Shown: positions 18,636 to 28,165 of the stretch, piece by piece
How the letters are laid out: every line of letters starts with the position of its first letter
How positions within the stretch are numbered: position 1 is the first letter of the stretch
Source: an uncultured Eubacteriales bacterium
GTDB lineage: Bacteria; Acidobacteriota; Aminicenantia; Aminicenantales; UBA8522
NCBI GenBank assembly: GCA_964580435.1
Contig: CAZOKP010000005.1
Span: 5,613 to 69,167, forward strand
Reading direction: 5' to 3'
DNA: 63,555 nucleotides
Translations under genes and position numbers: made by a program
Notes under the pieces: model-generated
The model's input: only the letters and a program-made list of their open reading frames with translations
The model's database searches: none
Told to the model about the DNA's origin: nothing

Positions 18636-20307
18636 GTCTCCCGGTATGTTCCCCGTGTTTAACTACGATCTGGCCGTTAACGATGACGTACTCTATGCCC
18701 ACAGGATATTGATGGGGATTTACCCAGGTGGCTTTGTCCTCAATTTTGTCCGGGTCGAAAATGACCAGGTCGGCAAAAAAACCGGGCTGAAGGCTGCCCC
18801 TTTTTTCAAAACCAAAGCGGTGGGCCGGAATCGAGGTTATTTTCTTAATCATCTCTTCGAGAGGAAGGATCCTTTCCTCCCGCACGTATTTGCCGAGAAC
18901 GCGGGGGAAAGTGCCGTAGTTGCGCGGATGCGGCTTGTCCCGACCGAGGATGCCATAAGGGGCTACGGCGGAGCCGTCACAGCCGACCCCGACAAGGGGA
19001 TGAGCCAGAATTTTTCTTAAATTGTCCTCGCTCATGGTAAAGGCGATCATGCCCACAAGGTCTTTCTCTTCGATAAGGATATCTCTTATAAAATCATAGG
19101 GCTCTTTCCCGTTCCCTTTGGCGGCCTCCAGGATATTCTTGCCCTGAAGGTTCCTATTCTTTTCGGAAACCACAGAAGAGATAACCACCTTGTCCCATGA
19201 GCCGAGTTTCTTTTCCTGCTCAACCAAAGACGAACGAAGCTTGGCGTCCAAGGACGGGTCCTGCAACCGGTGCAGGAACTCTTCTGTGGTCCCTTGCCTG
19301 GCCCAAAGGGGGAAGTAAAAACTGAGGCCGGTGGAGCCGGCAATATAAGGATACCGATCGCAAAAAATATCAACGCCATCCGAGTGGGCCTGTTCAAGCC
19401 TGGCCAACGCCGCATCGATTTTTGACCAGTTCCGAGGATAGGCGACCTTGAGATGGCCGATCTCGAGACGCGCGCCTGAAAGGCGGGCTGCTCCGATCGA
19501 TTCATCAAGAGACTCAAGGAGAAGATCTCCTTCATTGCGCATGTGTGTGGCATAGACGCCATCGTAGCTGGCGACAACCCTGCATAATTCGGCGATCTCC
19601 TCGGGCTGGGCGAAACTTCCGGGAGTGTACTCGAGGCCGGAAGAAAGTCCGAACGCGCCGCCGCGGATGTGCTCCTCAACAAGGTTTTTCATCCGTTCGA
19701 GCTCCGCGGGAGAGGGTTTGCGATCATTGAATCCCATCGCCGCCCCACGCACGGAGCCGTGGCCGACAAGGGTAGAGTAGTTCAGGGCGATCCCCTTCTC
19801 CTCGAGCCGAGAAAAGAAACCGGCCATATCCTTCCAGGTCAGGTCCAGGTCATAAACTTTCTTGGCGCTCTCTCTCGCCTCCTCAAAGACCTCCGCAGCA
19901 ATGGGGAAGGGAGAAGAGCCGCAATTCCCGCTCAGCAGAGTTGTTATCCCTTGGTGGATAACACTCTCGGCTCGCGGGTTAATGATCAAGCTGAGGTCCG
20001 AATGGTCGTGGACGTCAATGAACCCGGGGGCAACGGCGAGATTCTCGGCGCTGACTACGGTTATTCCCCGGCTGCTTTTTATTTTGCCTATGGCTGTGAT
20101 TATATCTCCAGTTATGGCGATATCCGCTGTGAAAGGAGGACCTCCCCGCCCGTCGTAGATAAGCCCGTTTTTGATAAGGAGGTCGTACTTCTTCCCTGCA
20201 CGACATCCCTGAAGGAGAGGGCCGCAGCCGCTCAGACTGGCGAGAGTTGCTGCTTTGGCCGTCTGCTTCAAAAAAGTCCGCCGGTCCATTTTTTTCTTCA
20301 TGGTCAT
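18604..20307 (-). CDS. N-acyl-D-amino-acid deacylase (D-aminoacylase family amidohydrolase) with Tat signal
   Basis: DRRTFLK twin-arginine and LSGC lipobox-like site; PGFIDVHDH, GNCG, THMR, GTFPRVLGKYVRE. Confidence 0.88.
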   Translation of the reverse strand: MTMKKKMDRRTFLKQTAKAATLASLSGCGPLLQGCRAGKKYDLLIKNGLIYDGRGGPPFTADIAITGDIITAIGKIKSSRGITVVSAENLAVAPGFIDVHDHSDLSLIINPRAESVIHQGITTLLSGNCGSSPFPIAAEVFEEARESAKKVYDLDLTWKDMAGFFSRLEEKGIALNYSTLVGHGSVRGAAMGFNDRKPSPAELERMKNLVEEHIRGGAFGLSSGLEYTPGSFAQPEEIAELCRVVASYDGVYATHMRNEGDLLLESLDESIGAARLSGARLEIGHLKVAYPRNWSKIDAALARLEQAHSDGVDIFCDRYPYIAGSTGLSFYFPLWARQGTTEEFLHRLQDPSLDAKLRSSLVEQEKKLGSWDKVVISSVVSEKNRNLQGKNILEAAKGNGKEPYDFIRDILIEEKDLVGMIAFTMSEDNLRKILAHPLVGVGCDGSAVAPYGILGRDKPHPRNYGTFPRVLGKYVREERILPLEEMIKKITSIPAHRFGFEKRGSLQPGFFADLVIFDPDKIEDKATWVNPHQYPVGIEYVIVNGQIVVKHGEHTGRLAGQLLKKKV

Positions 20308-20342
20308 GTGTTTCTCCCTGGTTCTTCGCGTTTTTTTATTTC

Positions 20343-21185
20343 TTAGAACCTGATCGAAAGCGTCAAGGCTTGCCGGGCACGGGAAAACTGAAAACCGAGG
20401 CTCACTGTTTTTTTCGCGCCAGGACGATTCAAATCCGAGATCTTTTTGCCAATGAAATAGCCGAGGGCCGACCCGATAAACACGTCCGAAGCCCAGTGCT
20501 GATTATCATGGATTCTGGAAAGCGCGACAAGTGTGGCCAGACTGTAGGCGATGATATCGACGGCCAGCACATTTGATTGTTCCGCAATTGTCGTGGCGAA
20601 GGCAAAGGCGCCTGCCGCATGGCCGGAGGGAAAAGACTGGTAGCTGGAAGCGATAGTGAAGGAGTCGAACGTATGACCCGACTCGTGCGTGTCGGGCCGG
20701 GCTCTTCCGACGATAGCCTTTGTGCCCCAGACAAGGATGCTGGCAGTGACCAAGCTTTCAACGCTCACTAAGGCTGTCTTCCGCCAACTGTCTTTATGAT
20801 CGATCGCGCCCACCGCATAAATCACCCCCGCGAGACCGAGGAGAACCCCGCCGTTGCCGACATAAGAAAAAACCGAAGAGACGTCATCCGACGACGGAGT
20901 GCGTTTTCCCTGAACCCAGGCGTTGATATCCTCGTCAAAGGAATAAAGGAGCAGTCCGACACCGGAAATGGCGGCCACTGTCAGGACATCTTTTTTCCCC
21001 CAGTGGCAAGGAGAGCTGAAGACGCCTTTGAAATCCCCGCCGAATCGTTTGAAGAATTCCTTATTAAGCTTATATTCTCCGGAGTCGGCTTGGCTATAGC
21101 CTATGCCCATACTCAAAACGCAAAAGATCGTAATCACGACCGTTGCTGCAGACAGCCAGCGCTTCCGAGTTGTTCTTGTCACCAT
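20343..21185 (-). CDS. PAP2 superfamily phosphatase
   Basis: C1 KAIVGRARP, C2 PSGH, C3 SRIHDNQHWASDV. Confidence 0.9.
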   Translation of the reverse strand: MVTRTTRKRWLSAATVVITIFCVLSMGIGYSQADSGEYKLNKEFFKRFGGDFKGVFSSPCHWGKKDVLTVAAISGVGLLLYSFDEDINAWVQGKRTPSSDDVSSVFSYVGNGGVLLGLAGVIYAVGAIDHKDSWRKTALVSVESLVTASILVWGTKAIVGRARPDTHESGHTFDSFTIASSYQSFPSGHAAGAFAFATTIAEQSNVLAVDIIAYSLATLVALSRIHDNQHWASDVFIGSALGYFIGKKISDLNRPGAKKTVSLGFQFSRARQALTLSIRF

Positions 21186-21213
21186 GGCAGTTTCCCCGTG
21201 TTTACGTTCCAAC

Positions 21214-22485
21214 CTAATCCTCAACCATCAACGTTTCGATCGCCTGAAGGGTTCTCTCGGTAGCGCCCTGAAACGAATTGAGCAGAATTTTTGCCTGTCT
21301 GCCCATTTCATGCAGGGCAGGTTCATCCTTCATCCTGAAGGCCTCGGCCAGCTCTTCTGTTCCGCCGACGACACGGACAGCGCCGGAACGAATAAATGCC
21401 TCAGCCAGAACGGCAAAATTTTCCAGATGTGGTCCGCAAAAAACGGGCTTCTCATAAAACGCCGGCTCCATAAAATTCTGGCCTCCGTGCGGAACAAGGC
21501 TTCCCCCAACAAAAGTCAGGTCGGCCAAAGCATAAAAATAGGCCAACTCGCCGATAGTGTCCAGAATCAGCACATCCCACGGCTGGTCGGGCGTGGCCCT
21601 GGTTTTTCTCACGACGGACAGGCCGAGATTCAGGCACATTTTCTCCACTTCTCCGGTTCTATCGGGGTGGCGAGGCGCGATGATCAGAAGCAAGCCCTCC
21701 TTTTCTTTTCTTGCCAGGCCAAAGGCCTCAAGGATCAGCTCTTCTTCGCCTCTGTGAGTGCTGCCCGCGACTATGACTTTTTCTGACCCGGAGATGCCCA
21801 GACTCTTTTTGAAAGCCTCCCTGTTCCCCTGATTAAGGGAAGGCAAACTCACCTCGGCCTTGAGATTGCCGGCGACCTTGACTCTTTTCGGGTCAATGCC
21901 GATGTCTTCTATCCTGCCCCTGTCCTGTTCTGTTTGCACCAGAAAGAGGTCGATGTTTTCGAGGACCTTGATAGACAGCGGCTTCAAGCGGCGATAGGCC
22001 TTGAATGAGCCAAGGGACATTCGTCCGTTGAGCAAAAGGACGGCTTGACATTTTTTTCCTGCGATCCGGAGAAGATTTGGCCAGAACTCGGACTCGGCCA
22101 ACAGGAAAAGCCGTGGATTCAGCACCCTAAAAAACCTTCGGACGATGAAGGCAAAATCCAAAGGAACCAAAAAAACGCTATCCGCCATCCAAAGTTTCTC
22201 TCTGGCCATGAGATAGCCTGTATTGGTGAGCGTCGAGAAGCAGATCCTCCAAGATGGATGCCTCTTTTTGATATGGGCCAGCAAGTTCCTCAGGCTCAGG
22301 ACTTCACCGACAGAAACGGCATGGATCCAGAGCGTGGGACCGGTTGCCTCTCTCGGCGGCAGCCTGAAACCCAGCCTTTCCGGAAGGTAGAGGCGTTTCC
22401 TACCCCATACCTTCATCCGGAAAAAATAAACCGGAGTATAAAGGAGGAAACCCAAGAACAGAAGAAAAGAATACAGAAAATACAC
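21214..22485 (-). CDS. waaA: 3-deoxy-D-manno-octulosonic acid transferase
   Basis: WIHAVSVGE, AESEFWPN, APRHPDR, GGSLVPHGGQNFMEPA. Confidence 0.95.
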   Translation of the reverse strand: MYFLYSFLLFLGFLLYTPVYFFRMKVWGRKRLYLPERLGFRLPPREATGPTLWIHAVSVGEVLSLRNLLAHIKKRHPSWRICFSTLTNTGYLMAREKLWMADSVFLVPLDFAFIVRRFFRVLNPRLFLLAESEFWPNLLRIAGKKCQAVLLLNGRMSLGSFKAYRRLKPLSIKVLENIDLFLVQTEQDRGRIEDIGIDPKRVKVAGNLKAEVSLPSLNQGNREAFKKSLGISGSEKVIVAGSTHRGEEELILEAFGLARKEKEGLLLIIAPRHPDRTGEVEKMCLNLGLSVVRKTRATPDQPWDVLILDTIGELAYFYALADLTFVGGSLVPHGGQNFMEPAFYEKPVFCGPHLENFAVLAEAFIRSGAVRVVGGTEELAEAFRMKDEPALHEMGRQAKILLNSFQGATERTLQAIETLMVED

Positions 22486-22654
22486 GGGTTTTGACTATAC
22501 TAAATTGGGACCGAGCAAGCAAGCTTTCCGAATGCAGTGGGCTCTCTGCAGGAACCAGCCATAAAAAAACGTTGCCTCTCAACTCAAATTTTGCTATTGT
22601 AGAACGGACAAAGAATAAAAAATATCAACTCCATATGAGAGGAAAGGCAGAAAA

Positions 22655-22843
22655 ATGGCTGAAGAAAAAGCAGAACAGGCTCAAGAAAAAGCCAAGAAAG
22701 GCAAGAAAACGAACAAGCTGACTTTGGCCGAAGTTGAGAAAAAACTCGAAGAGGCCAAGAGCGCCCAGGGAGGTTTTTCCTCCCGGTATGCCAAGGAGCT
22801 GCTTCGCCGCAAGGACATCCTCCGCTCTCAGGGAAAGAAATAG
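22655..22843 (+). CDS. Small charged hypothetical protein (62 aa)
   Basis: Fills an otherwise empty gap; purine-rich RBS; helical Lys/Glu-rich sequence. Confidence 0.55.
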   Translation: MAEEKAEQAQEKAKKGKKTNKLTLAEVEKKLEEAKSAQGGFSSRYAKELLRRKDILRSQGKK

Positions 22844-22914
22844 ATTCTAGACGAGTCCGCCCCCAAAGACATATTTCCCCTTTAGAGTCGCTATTTCGCA
22901 CTGATAATAAAAAA

Positions 22915-22943
22915 TTTACATTCTTATTCAAATCTGCTAGGAT
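22915..22943 (+). promoter_or_regulatory. Sigma-70-type promoter of rpsO-pnp, TTTACA-N17-TAGGAT
   Basis: 17-bp spacing with extended TG. Confidence 0.55.
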
Positions 22944-22970
22944 GATAGATTGATTGAAGGAGTTAGAATC

Positions 22971-23237
22971 GTGCTAAGCAAAGAACACAAGACGAAAATC
23001 GTCGAGGACAATCGGCTAAAGCCTGAGGATACAGGCTCGCCAGAAGTCCAAATCGCTCTTCTGAGCGAGAGAATCAGTTTTCTCACCAACCACCTCATCA
23101 TTCACAAAAAAGACCACACTTCTCAAGTCGGCCTGATGAGGCTTGTCGGACAGAGAAAAAGGCTCCTGGCTTACCTGAAAAGGCAAGACTCAAGCCGCTA
23201 TGAAAACCTTATTCAGAAGCTGAACCTGCGCAAATAG
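22971..23237 (+). CDS. rpsO: 30S ribosomal protein S15
   Basis: DTGSPEVQIALL, HKKDHTS, GQRKRLLAYL; GTG start after AAGGAG. Confidence 0.97.
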   Translation: MLSKEHKTKIVEDNRLKPEDTGSPEVQIALLSERISFLTNHLIIHKKDHTSQVGLMRLVGQRKRLLAYLKRQDSSRYENLIQKLNLRK

Positions 23238-23257
23238 GCTGCGGCCTGGGGACGAAA

Positions 23258-25432
23258 ATGCCTCACACCATTACCCTTGAAATCAACAATCTCCCTCTTA
23301 CTATCGAGATTGGCAAGATCGGCAAACAGGCTGACGGCTCCGCTCTAGTCCGCTATGGCGAAACCATCATGTTCTGCGCGGCCACCTCCAAGAAGGAAGT
23401 CAAAGAGCAAAAACCTTTCCTGCCTCTCATCGTGGACTATAGAGAGAATACCTATGCCGCCGGGAAGATCCCGGGCGGATTTTTCAAACGCGAGGGCAGG
23501 CCCTCGGAAAGAGAGATCCTGGTCAGCCGGCTCATCGACCGGCCCATCCGCTCTCTTTTCCCGGACGGCTACTTTTTTGACACCCAAATCGTCGCCCTCC
23601 TGCTCTCCGCCGACCTAGAGAACGAGCCGGATATTTTGGGGATCATCGGGGCCTCGGCGGCCCTCTATTTTTCTGATATTCCTTTCACCACGCCTATCGG
23701 CGCTGTCAAAATCGGCTGCGTCGACAACCAGTTCTTGATCAATCCTACCGGGGCACAACTCGAAAAAAGCAAGCTCAACATGGTCGTCGTGGGGACGGAG
23801 CAAGGCACCGTCATGATCGAGGCCGGAGCCACAGAAGTGGAAGAAGAAAAGTTTATCGAAGCCCTTGCGCTGGCTCAAGAGCCGATACGTAAAATCATCG
23901 AAGCGCAGAAAGACCTCTATCAGAAGCTCAACATCAAGAAGCGCGAATTCACGGTCAAGTCCTTTGACCCGGACAAAGTGGAAAAAATCGAGCGCAAAAT
24001 ATCGGCTGACCTTTTGCGGGCAATCCAGATCAGGACAAAAAAAGAGAGCGAAGAGGAAAGCGACAAGATTCTGAAAACGCTCTTGGCTGACATCCCGCCT
24101 GAGAACGAGAAGGAAATCAGTGAGACCAAAGAAACATTTTATAACCTGCAAAAGAAACTCGTCAGAGACCTCGTTTTGAACCAAGGCAAGCGTTCCGACG
24201 GCCGACGTTTTGACGAAATTAGGCCGATTTCCATAGAGGTCGGCCTCCTTCCACGCACCCACGGCTCGGCCCTTTTCACCAGGGGAGAAACTCAGTGCCT
24301 GGCCACCGTTACCCTGGGGACCTTTGAGGATGTCCAGAGGCTCAATGGGCTGGGAGAAGAGGCAGAAAAGCGCTTCATGCTCCATTACAATTTTCCGCCG
24401 TTCTCTGTAGGAGAGGTCTCTTTCCTGCGGGCTCCGGGAAGACGGGAGATCGGACACGGCGCCCTGGCTGAAAAATCTATTCTCCCTGCCATTCCGAGTG
24501 AGGAGGTTTTTCCCTACACGATCAGAATCGTCTCGGACATTCTGGAATCCAACGGCTCTTCCTCGATGGCGACGGTCTGCGGAGGCGTTCTCTCCCTCAT
24601 GGACGCGGGTGTTCCCCTGTCCATGACTATCGCCGGCATTGCCATGGGACTTTTTACGGATGGGCCGAGGTCCGTCATTCTCACGGATATCGCCGGGTTG
24701 GAGGATCATTTCGGGGACATGGACCTGAAGGTGACAGGCACGGATAAAGGGGTCACCGCCATCCAGCTGGACCTGAAGATCCCGTCGATTAGCCCTGAAG
24801 TCTTCCGGGAAGGACTGCTCAAAGCCAGAGCCGCCCGGCTGGAAGTCCTGGCGAAAATGAAAGAGGCTCTCCCGGCACCGAGACCCGAGATCTCGTCCTT
24901 TGCGCCCCGGATCATCACGCTTTTTATAAATCCCGAAAAAGTGGCTGAAGTGATCGGCCCGGCGGGAAAGGTCATCAAAAGGATCATCGCTCAAACAAAG
25001 GCCAAGATCGATATCGAAGAAGGCGGCAAAATCATCATCGCTTCCACGGACATGCAGGCGGCGGAAAAGGCCAAAGAGATGATCCGGGAGATCACTGTCG
25101 AGGCCGAAATCGGCAAGGTCTACCAGGGAAAAGTCATCCGGATCGAAGAGTACGGCGCTTTTCTTGAAATCCTCCCCAATATTGTTGGGCTGCTTCATGT
25201 TTCTGAGATCGCCCACTACCGGGTCAAGAGCGTCCGGGACGTGCTCAAAATGGGGCAGATCCTCGAAGTCAAAGTCATCAGCATCGACGAGGATAACAAG
25301 GTCCGCCTAAGCCGCAAAGCCCTCGAGGAAAGGCCCGCCTCAGCGCCCGACCCGGAAGGTTCGGATCAGTATCCCCGGCGCAATACATCCCCTCGCGACG
25401 ACCGCCGTCCGCGGAATAAATACAGGACTTGA
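23258..25432 (+). CDS. pnp: Polyribonucleotide nucleotidyltransferase
   Basis: GKIPGGFFKREGRP, RREIGHG, ESNGSSSMA, GDMDLKV, KH and S1 domains. Confidence 0.98.
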   Translation: MPHTITLEINNLPLTIEIGKIGKQADGSALVRYGETIMFCAATSKKEVKEQKPFLPLIVDYRENTYAAGKIPGGFFKREGRPSEREILVSRLIDRPIRSLFPDGYFFDTQIVALLLSADLENEPDILGIIGASAALYFSDIPFTTPIGAVKIGCVDNQFLINPTGAQLEKSKLNMVVVGTEQGTVMIEAGATEVEEEKFIEALALAQEPIRKIIEAQKDLYQKLNIKKREFTVKSFDPDKVEKIERKISADLLRAIQIRTKKESEEESDKILKTLLADIPPENEKEISETKETFYNLQKKLVRDLVLNQGKRSDGRRFDEIRPISIEVGLLPRTHGSALFTRGETQCLATVTLGTFEDVQRLNGLGEEAEKRFMLHYNFPPFSVGEVSFLRAPGRREIGHGALAEKSILPAIPSEEVFPYTIRIVSDILESNGSSSMATVCGGVLSLMDAGVPLSMTIAGIAMGLFTDGPRSVILTDIAGLEDHFGDMDLKVTGTDKGVTAIQLDLKIPSISPEVFREGLLKARAARLEVLAKMKEALPAPRPEISSFAPRIITLFINPEKVAEVIGPAGKVIKRIIAQTKAKIDIEEGGKIIIASTDMQAAEKAKEMIREITVEAEIGKVYQGKVIRIEEYGAFLEILPNIVGLLHVSEIAHYRVKSVRDVLKMGQILEVKVISIDEDNKVRLSRKALEERPASAPDPEGSDQYPRRNTSPRDDRRPRNKYRT

Positions 25433-25451
25433 GATAAAAAGCGGGACGAAA

Positions 25452-25946
25452 ATGGCTGGTTTTTTTCAGCCGAAAAAGGGTTTCACTCTCATCGAAGTGC
25501 TTGTGACTCTGGCGATCCTTGCTATTCTGGCCGCCGCCATCATGCCGCTGGCAAAAACCGCGGTCAAGCGGGAAAAAGAGATCGAGCTGCGCCGCAATTT
25601 GCGGATTATCCGTGAAGCGATCGACGCCTACAAGAAGCTGGCGGACGAAAAAAAAATCGAAGTCGAAGAAGATTCCGAAGGCTATCCTCCTGACCTCGAA
25701 ACCCTGGTGAAGGGCGTCGAGATCAAAGAACAGGAGGGCGACGAAAAGGGCCAAAAGACCGGCCCGAAGGTCATCAAGTTCTTGAGGCGAATACCCGGGG
25801 ACCCGATGACGGACTCGCTCGACTGGGGACTCCGCTCGTATCAGGATGACCCGGATGAGGATGTCTGGGGAGGCGAAAATGTCTACGACATCTATTCCAG
25901 AAGCAGGGCCACGGCCTTGGACGGCTCAAAGTACAGTGATTGGTAG
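25452..25946 (+). CDS. Type II secretion pseudopilin/type IV pilin-like protein (GspG-like)
   Basis: Prepilin site KKG|FTLIEV with Glu+5; RRIPGDPMT. Confidence 0.85.
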   Translation: MAGFFQPKKGFTLIEVLVTLAILAILAAAIMPLAKTAVKREKEIELRRNLRIIREAIDAYKKLADEKKIEVEEDSEGYPPDLETLVKGVEIKEQEGDEKGQKTGPKVIKFLRRIPGDPMTDSLDWGLRSYQDDPDEDVWGGENVYDIYSRSRATALDGSKYSDW

Positions 25947-25950
25947 CTCC

Positions 25951-26361
25951 ATGATGGCACAAGGAAACCGGCCAAAAAACGGATTCACCCTGATTGAAAT
26001 CATCATCGTTCTCACCCTCATCGGAATCCTGCTCGGGCTGGCGGTTCCCCAGTATAAATATTCCCTCAAAAAGGCTCGGGAGGCGGTCTTAAAAGAGGAC
26101 CTTTTCGTTTTTCGCAAACTGATCGGTCAGTACTATACGGACAAGGGCAAGTATCCGGCTTCTCTCCAGGCCCTGGTGGATGACGGCTACCTCACCAAGA
26201 TTCCCGTCGACCCGATGACCAAGAGAGCGGACACTTGGGTCGAGGTCAGGGAGAATCCCACCTACGAAGAGCTGGTCCCGAACATGGAATTCGGGATCGT
26301 AGATGTCCATTCCGGGTCCAAGGACAAAGCCATAGAAGGGACAACCTACGATACCTGGTAA
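25951..26361 (+). CDS. Type II secretion pseudopilin-like protein (GspG-like)
   Basis: KNG|FTLIEI; KGKYPASLQALV, IPVDPMT; start re-called to 25951. Confidence 0.85.
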   Translation: MMAQGNRPKNGFTLIEIIIVLTLIGILLGLAVPQYKYSLKKAREAVLKEDLFVFRKLIGQYYTDKGKYPASLQALVDDGYLTKIPVDPMTKRADTWVEVRENPTYEELVPNMEFGIVDVHSGSKDKAIEGTTYDTW

Positions 26362-26371
26362 CAGAAGAGGA

Positions 26372-26971
26372 ATGAAACAACCGCGCGGCTATGTCCTGAT
26401 CATGCTCATGCTTGTCATCGCACTCATGGGTCTCGGGCTGATGGTGGCCGTTCCCGTTTGGCAGACTCAAATTCAAAGAGAAAACGAGGAAGAGTTGATC
26501 TTCAGGGGCAACCAGTACGTTGAAGCCCTCCGCATCTTCCAGCTTAAGAATCCCGGCAGCTTTCCGAAAACGCTCGAGGAGCTCGTCGAAAACAAATGCA
26601 TTCGCCGTCTTTACAAAGACCCCATGACTCCCGGGGGCGAGTGGAACCTGATTCTTAATCAGGAAGGAATCGGCAGTGTGGGGCAGCCGAGGTCGCTCAC
26701 ATCCCGCGGCTCAGCCTCGTCAAGAATCTCCCCAGGCGAGGGCCCAAAGGGCCCGTCCTTTTCTGCCCAGAGAGTCATGGTCGCTCCCCCGAAAGCTCTC
26801 TCGTCTATCCGGAACCCTCGCATCCTCGGAGTCGTCAGCACCTCCACTAAAAAATCTATTCGGGTCTACAAAGAACAAGAGAGCTACGATAAATGGCTTT
26901 TTTTCTACGGCCAGGACTCGACCAAACTCCCGGAGATCATTTATTACGGTCAACCCGCCAAGACTCCATGA
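26372..26971 (+). CDS. Pseudopilin-like protein lacking Glu+5
   Basis: PRG|YVLIMLM hydrophobic N-terminus; IRRLYKDPMT resembles the two preceding genes. Confidence 0.7.
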   Translation: MKQPRGYVLIMLMLVIALMGLGLMVAVPVWQTQIQRENEEELIFRGNQYVEALRIFQLKNPGSFPKTLEELVENKCIRRLYKDPMTPGGEWNLILNQEGIGSVGQPRSLTSRGSASSRISPGEGPKGPSFSAQRVMVAPPKALSSIRNPRILGVVSTSTKKSIRVYKEQESYDKWLFFYGQDSTKLPEIIYYGQPAKTP

Positions 26972-28104
26972 ATTCCATCCTAATCGTTGCGGGCGAAAAT
27001 TCGGGAGAGAAATACGGGGCCGATGTCATCCACGAATTCAAGAAGAGACATCCCTCTCTCTCTTTTTTCGGAATTGGCGGAAAAAGGATGCGGGAGGAGG
27101 GCGCGGAGCTCATTTTCTCGATCGAAGACCTGAGCGCAATCGGCATCATCGAGGTCATCTCCAGGATTCCTCAGATCAAAAAAATCTTCAACCGCCTGGG
27201 AAAAGAAATAGAAGCCAGAAGACCAGTCAGCGCCGTGCTGATTGATTCTCCGGATTTCAACTTGCGCCTGGCCCGCAAGCTCAAAAAAGCGGGGATTCCC
27301 GTCTTGTATTATATCAGCCCCACTGTCTGGGCTTGGCGGAGCAGCCGGCTGAAGACAATCAAAGACGTCGTCACTCGGATGTGTCTTATTTTTCCTTTTG
27401 AGCTGGCGCTCTACGAGGAGCACGGCATTCCCGCTACGTTCGTCGGACACCCACTCAAAGAAAAGGTCAAAACGCGGCTGGGCCGCGAGGAATTTTTCAA
27501 GAAATATTCGCTTCCTCCCGCAAGCCGGCTCATCGCTCTGCTTCCAGGAAGCCGGAAGACCGAAGTGAAAAACAATCTGCCCATTCTCGTCCAGGCCGTC
27601 GGCAGAATGAAAAGAGATGTTCCGGCGTGTTTTCTCTTGGTCCTGGCCGAAAGCTTGGATCGGGGCTATCTTAGCCGTTTCCTGTCCTCCGAAGAAAGGG
27701 ACATCCGGGTTCTTGACGCCGACGGCTATGAAGCCATCGCCTACTCCGACCTCGCTCTTTCGGCCTGCGGGACGGCCAACCTCGAAGCCGCTCTGTTGGG
27801 AACGCCCCTAATCGCTTTTTACCGGGTCTCCCCCCTGACCTACTATCCTTTCCGCCGGCTCTTGAAAATCCACAACTACAGCATCGTCAATATCCTCGCC
27901 GGAAGAAGAATCATTCCCGAGCTCATCCAGCGCCAATTCAACGCCGAAAGACTTGCGCAAGAAGCCAAAGAGCTCCTCTTTTCCGAGAAAGCAAGAGCGA
28001 ACATGAAAGCAGAATTCCTACGAATCGGAGAGAGTCTCGGCCAGGAAAGCGCCTCTGTTCACGTCGCGGCAGAACTGGAAAAGCTCATTTTCATTTCTCC
28101 TTGA
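26968..28104 (+). CDS. lpxB: Lipid-A-disaccharide synthase
   Basis: VAGENSG, IDSPDFN, YYISPTVWAWR, LLPGSR, GTANLE; ATGA overlap with previous gene. Confidence 0.95.
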   Translation: MNSILIVAGENSGEKYGADVIHEFKKRHPSLSFFGIGGKRMREEGAELIFSIEDLSAIGIIEVISRIPQIKKIFNRLGKEIEARRPVSAVLIDSPDFNLRLARKLKKAGIPVLYYISPTVWAWRSSRLKTIKDVVTRMCLIFPFELALYEEHGIPATFVGHPLKEKVKTRLGREEFFKKYSLPPASRLIALLPGSRKTEVKNNLPILVQAVGRMKRDVPACFLLVLAESLDRGYLSRFLSSEERDIRVLDADGYEAIAYSDLALSACGTANLEAALLGTPLIAFYRVSPLTYYPFRRLLKIHNYSIVNILAGRRIIPELIQRQFNAERLAQEAKELLFSEKARANMKAEFLRIGESLGQESASVHVAAELEKLIFISP

Positions 28105-28165
28105 AATTCCCTGTGTTTCCAATATAATTCCTCTTTCCAAAACGTCAGACGACAAAGGAGGTCGC

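Noticed and set aside
23615-25216. 533-aa minus-strand ORF
   Set aside because: Lies entirely antisense to pnp; no recognisable domain
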